A stretch of DNA of 64,000 bases from Lepidodermella squamata (lineage: Eukaryota; Animalia; Gastrotricha). The stretch is taken from positions 310,001 to 374,000 of the forward strand of contig JBLDXI010000060.1 of the NCBI GenBank assembly GCA_047495785.1. The letters are read 5' to 3'. Position 1 is the first letter of the stretch. Every line of letters starts with the position of its first letter. The notes under the pieces are model-generated. The model did no database searches. It worked only from the letters and a program-made list of their open reading frames with translations, and was not told the DNA's origin. Positions 60,350 to 64,000 of the stretch are shown piece by piece. Both the position numbers and the translations under genes were made by a program.

Positions 60350-61957
60350 GGAAAAATGTATACATTTTGCTCGGGATATCAAGAATATCTTACGATTAAT
60401 GATTTAAGTTGGAGATGAAATCATTCTATTGATTGCGCATTAGCTCTGAAAAATAGAGCGGAAAAAATAAATTACTTCTAGGTGTGACTGGCGGGATCAA
60501 CATCGTGAGATACGAGAGATCTTAAAGCAAAGTGACGTGAGGTGAGATTATCCGGAGAGAGAAAATAAAAAAAATAAACAAGACTCACCTAATACCTCGC
60601 AACAAGCTTATTTTTCAGCGCGATGACGTCTCTGGGGACTAGACGCCGATTTGATTCCTTTCAAGTCGATTTCCTTTTCACTGCGGGTCATACGACTCGG
60701 AAAGCACGATGCTCGCTGCACGTCAGACATCAGACTTTGTTCTCTCGAGACTATGTCTGGGAAGTCTTTTGAAGGAAGCACCTCCCAGACACAATGGGCT
60801 AGCTAATATTTGTCCCATTTGACCCTCGAGCTATGGAATCTGGAGTGATGATTCAGCTTCACTCAGCAATACATGTAGTAGTTTTATTTCGTTTCAAAGT
60901 TGAATTTGCCGCGGTCATTCTATCAATCTATTTTAGATCGGAACAGAGGCTCTGTTGTAGAAGGACCGGAATTCCAGTCACTTGATCGGCTAACGCGTAA
61001 TCTAAAATTGCCTCGTGGGTGTGGAAATCATAAAAGTAAATTAGCTTCCTTACGGCTACTTTTTACTCTTGTTCTTTCCCTCGTTAATCAGCTTTCACGC
61101 CGTATTCCGATCGCTGAAGTTCATTCCTTTCTTGAAATTTAGGTTTCAAATTTTCATCGTGTATTTTCATCGTGTAGGATAGCAAATTTTCATTTGCTAT
61201 CCTACAAAATCTGACGTTGTAGACTATATCAGGCTATCTATCCAGTAAAAATAGGTTTAATTATGAACTGTCGTCAGGTATAGTCAAAATTCCTGGCCTG
61301 TGCTGCCATTTCGTACGACGAAAGAATTTTTTTAAATGGAAATTATGTGAATTCATTGTGTTATCAGTATTGTCTTTTTTTATTTTTTATTCTAATTCAG
61401 GTAGCCTTATTTAGGGGTCCGACTAACTCAAAATCAAGTCCCATGTTTTATAGTATTGTGACGATTCTGTTTTCCCGAGATTGATTAGCCCTTAGCCGCC
61501 GGCGCAAATACGTGTTAACTCGAGCACCTTTCAGAAAATCCCAGGAAATCAAGAAGAGGCTAAAATCAAATTCTGAGTCGGCAGAAAGTCTTATATTTAG
61601 CCTTAGATTGGAAGCCGAACCTCTTTTTCATTTACATGGGTTGCCGTTGCTATGACGTGTTAACGCGTTTTCATGACGCGTTAACAAGTCATTTAAAAAA
61701 TTTCTCACTATTTTAGACCTGGGCAGAATGGCTTTGAAAATTAGGATTTTCGGGGAGTGCTTGTTTCTTGCTATTGATTTATCATAATTTATGACGCAGC
61801 AATGAGTTCGATAGCCCAAATCCTCCGACCACGGTGAATTTTCTCCGGAATCAACGCGTGTACACGTCTTCGGCGGCTAAGGGTTATCACATTTTGTATT
61901 ATTACAAAAGTATATGGAGTTACCTTTTCAATTTACTGTGTATTAGATTGGATTATA

Positions 61958-62483
61958 ATGCGAGGCATTTTATGTGGTCTGGTGTTTCTCTTGGTGTTAT
62001 TAGAACATGCTAAATCTACGCTCATCTTTTCGCCAGCTAAGCAGCCTCGCAAGAAGGTGAAATCAGAAGAATCACTTTTAGCAGTAACTACGACAGCGGC
62101 TAAGCCGACGATTGTGGATTATCAGGACTTGCGCGATGATCAATCTCTTTCGCAAGGAATAGGTGAGGCATTGTAAAATTTAAATTGCGAAGTTGAACGA
62201 TGTTTTATTCGTAGTAAATTACGTTAATACACTGCTAGTTCACAAAGATAACGAACGCCTTGAAGGCATAATGATGAAAATTGAGCTGGAACGAAAAAAT
62301 CGACGTTTTCGTGGCTGCATGAAAGTTTTGCAATCTCGGTCGCTGTGCGGCAACAAATCAGGTGGATTCTACCTTTGGGAAAAGCAGGTGGCTAGACGAA
62401 TTCTGAATGGCAATGGGCGGGAGAGCGAACCGCAAATCAGCCTCGTTGAATCTCACTATTCAAAACGGGATGCTAAGCAGTGA
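61958..62483 (+). CDS. Secreted precursor-like protein, C-M-x8-C...FYxW family, member C
   Basis: Signal peptide, phase-1 intron 62163-62214, RKNRRFRGCMKVLQSRSLCGNKSGGFYLWEKQVARRILNG. Confidence 0.72.
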
Positions 62484-62681
62484 ATATCATTCTATAATTT
62501 CCCAATGAATATTTTTCTTGAAATAAATAGCAGAGAGCTAGGGCTTCAATCCGCGCGTTCGAATTGATGTTCAAATTCCTACTTCAAAATCGAAAAAACA
62601 ACAACGAGACAATTTAAAATATCGGAATTTTTATTCGAAAAAGAACTGATTGCAACTCAATTTTTGGAATAGACAAATCAA

Positions 62682-63320
62682 TCACTGTAATTTCGAAAAC
62701 TCAAGCGTGAAAGCCGAAGTCTCCGGATACAAAAGATTAGTTAGAATTTTCGAGGGAGTAATGGATGCATTGACGGCGCATTTTTGAATAAAATTCGTCA
62801 AAAGCGAGGCGACGCCAGTATCTTGAAATCTTGGTTCGATTATCACGGTGGCCGAACAAACATTTCCGTCGCGCTTATTCGCGTTAGATTCGCGGTAAGG
62901 CTCAACCTTGGCAGCTGCGATGAAGCTGCGATTGCCATTCGGAGCTAAGGTGCTGACGACGAATTGATAACTATTCGGAGACATGAAGTAGCGGCGAAAT
63001 TCGACACTTGAGAGCGGCTGGTCGTGAAGCAGCCAAGTTTGTTTTACAATTGCCTCATTCATCAGCTTGTTGGCCATTGCCACATCTTCAGGCTTATCGA
63101 GGCGGTCGACAACAATGTGCGAGCCATTTTCAAGGTCGCCGTAGTAAGGCACCAGACGTGCTGATGATATGTGTAGAGCCGAACTCGACTTACCACGCGG
63201 GGGCTCAATGACTCGCGACAGCCGGCTTTGAATAGCATTCAGATAACACGATGTTGCCAAGAACACTCGTTGTTGCATAGATCCAGAGGTGACGAAGCGT
63301 AAAGTGCATGAGCGTATCAT
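62682..63320 (-). CDS. GNAT-family N-acetyltransferase-like (Mpr1/AZC-acetyltransferase-like), possible mitochondrial presequence
   Basis: LMNEAI....L..QPLSSVEFRRYF, VEPY....GNVCSATVIIEPRFQDTGVASLL (acetyl-CoA motif A); Arg/Ser-rich, acid-poor N-terminus; intronless. Confidence 0.6.
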   Translation of the reverse strand: MIRSCTLRFVTSGSMQQRVFLATSCYLNAIQSRLSRVIEPPRGKSSSALHISSARLVPYYGDLENGSHIVVDRLDKPEDVAMANKLMNEAIVKQTWLLHDQPLSSVEFRRYFMSPNSYQFVVSTLAPNGNRSFIAAAKVEPYRESNANKRDGNVCSATVIIEPRFQDTGVASLLTNFIQKCAVNASITPSKILTNLLYPETSAFTLEFSKLQ

Positions 63321-64000
63321 TTCCGAGAGGTATTGTCAATGTTCTTGATAGTGATGCAAATGAAATTGCTGATGTACGGAGAAATTGCTCAGATTAATGT
63401 AAAACAAATCGGTCAGTTTAAATGCAATTGACATTAGAATTTGTCGTAAAAGCTGCCAAAAACCAAATGATGTTGATAAACAATAAAAGCAATTCAAGTG
63501 GACTATGGACGGTGTAGAAATAATCCAGTGACACTAAGCACGCGCTACGATGGCTTGGTCATTAATAATTGTAAACAGACCGGCCAAAAAAAGACTGAAC
63601 TCTGACCTTTGCACTGCGTGACCGCTGAGCTTATCGCTGCAAAACAGGCGAATGAATTTTGATAAAAAAAATGCATGGTCTCATCTGGTATTTACTTGCA
63701 CTCATGAGTGCAAATGATTCGCAGAATCAGCTTAAAATGGCTATTTCTAGGCCATTAATAAATTTATTTATTCAAGCAATCAATATGCGCCCGGAAACTA
63801 TGATAGTGAATAATAAAAATGATTTTATTTCCAACGCCTGCGAAATTTGCAAATTAAATTTGACTATTATCTTTTAAAAATAATTGTTTTTACTAGGTAA
63901 GTATATTTCATAGCAATTTCAGGAAATAATTTACTATTCAGTTTTCCGCCGCGGGATAACACAGGAGCAATAAATTAGGTGTATAATAGAAGATATCGGT

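Overview
Gene-dense eukaryotic (invertebrate animal-type) genomic DNA with very short, uniform GT-AG introns (about 45-60 bp); the organism cannot be determined from sequence alone. The window is dominated by receptor and secreted-protein genes: two gustatory-receptor-like (7TMIC/GRL) genes (one a pseudogene), six related highly divergent Cys-loop/pLGIC subunits (one a pseudogene) plus a seventh unrelated one, two class A GPCR paralogs, an intronless class C GPCR, a GPI-anchored Ly6/three-finger protein with a huge loop-II insertion, three members of an unrecognised secreted C-M-x8-C precursor family, a secreted ankyrin-Sushi-ankyrin protein, a CCP-LDLa x8-serine protease, a secreted His-Me nuclease, two CD-M6PR/ATG27-like paralogs, ABCG, CNT/SLC28 and PiT/SLC20 transporters and a GNAT. 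Mobile DNA includes a spliced Sola2-like transposase remnant, several MITEs and a Penelope-like inverted repeat carrying a minimal hammerhead ribozyme motif just upstream of one pLGIC gene. Splice models were built by eye, family calls come from motif recognition, and no database searches were run.
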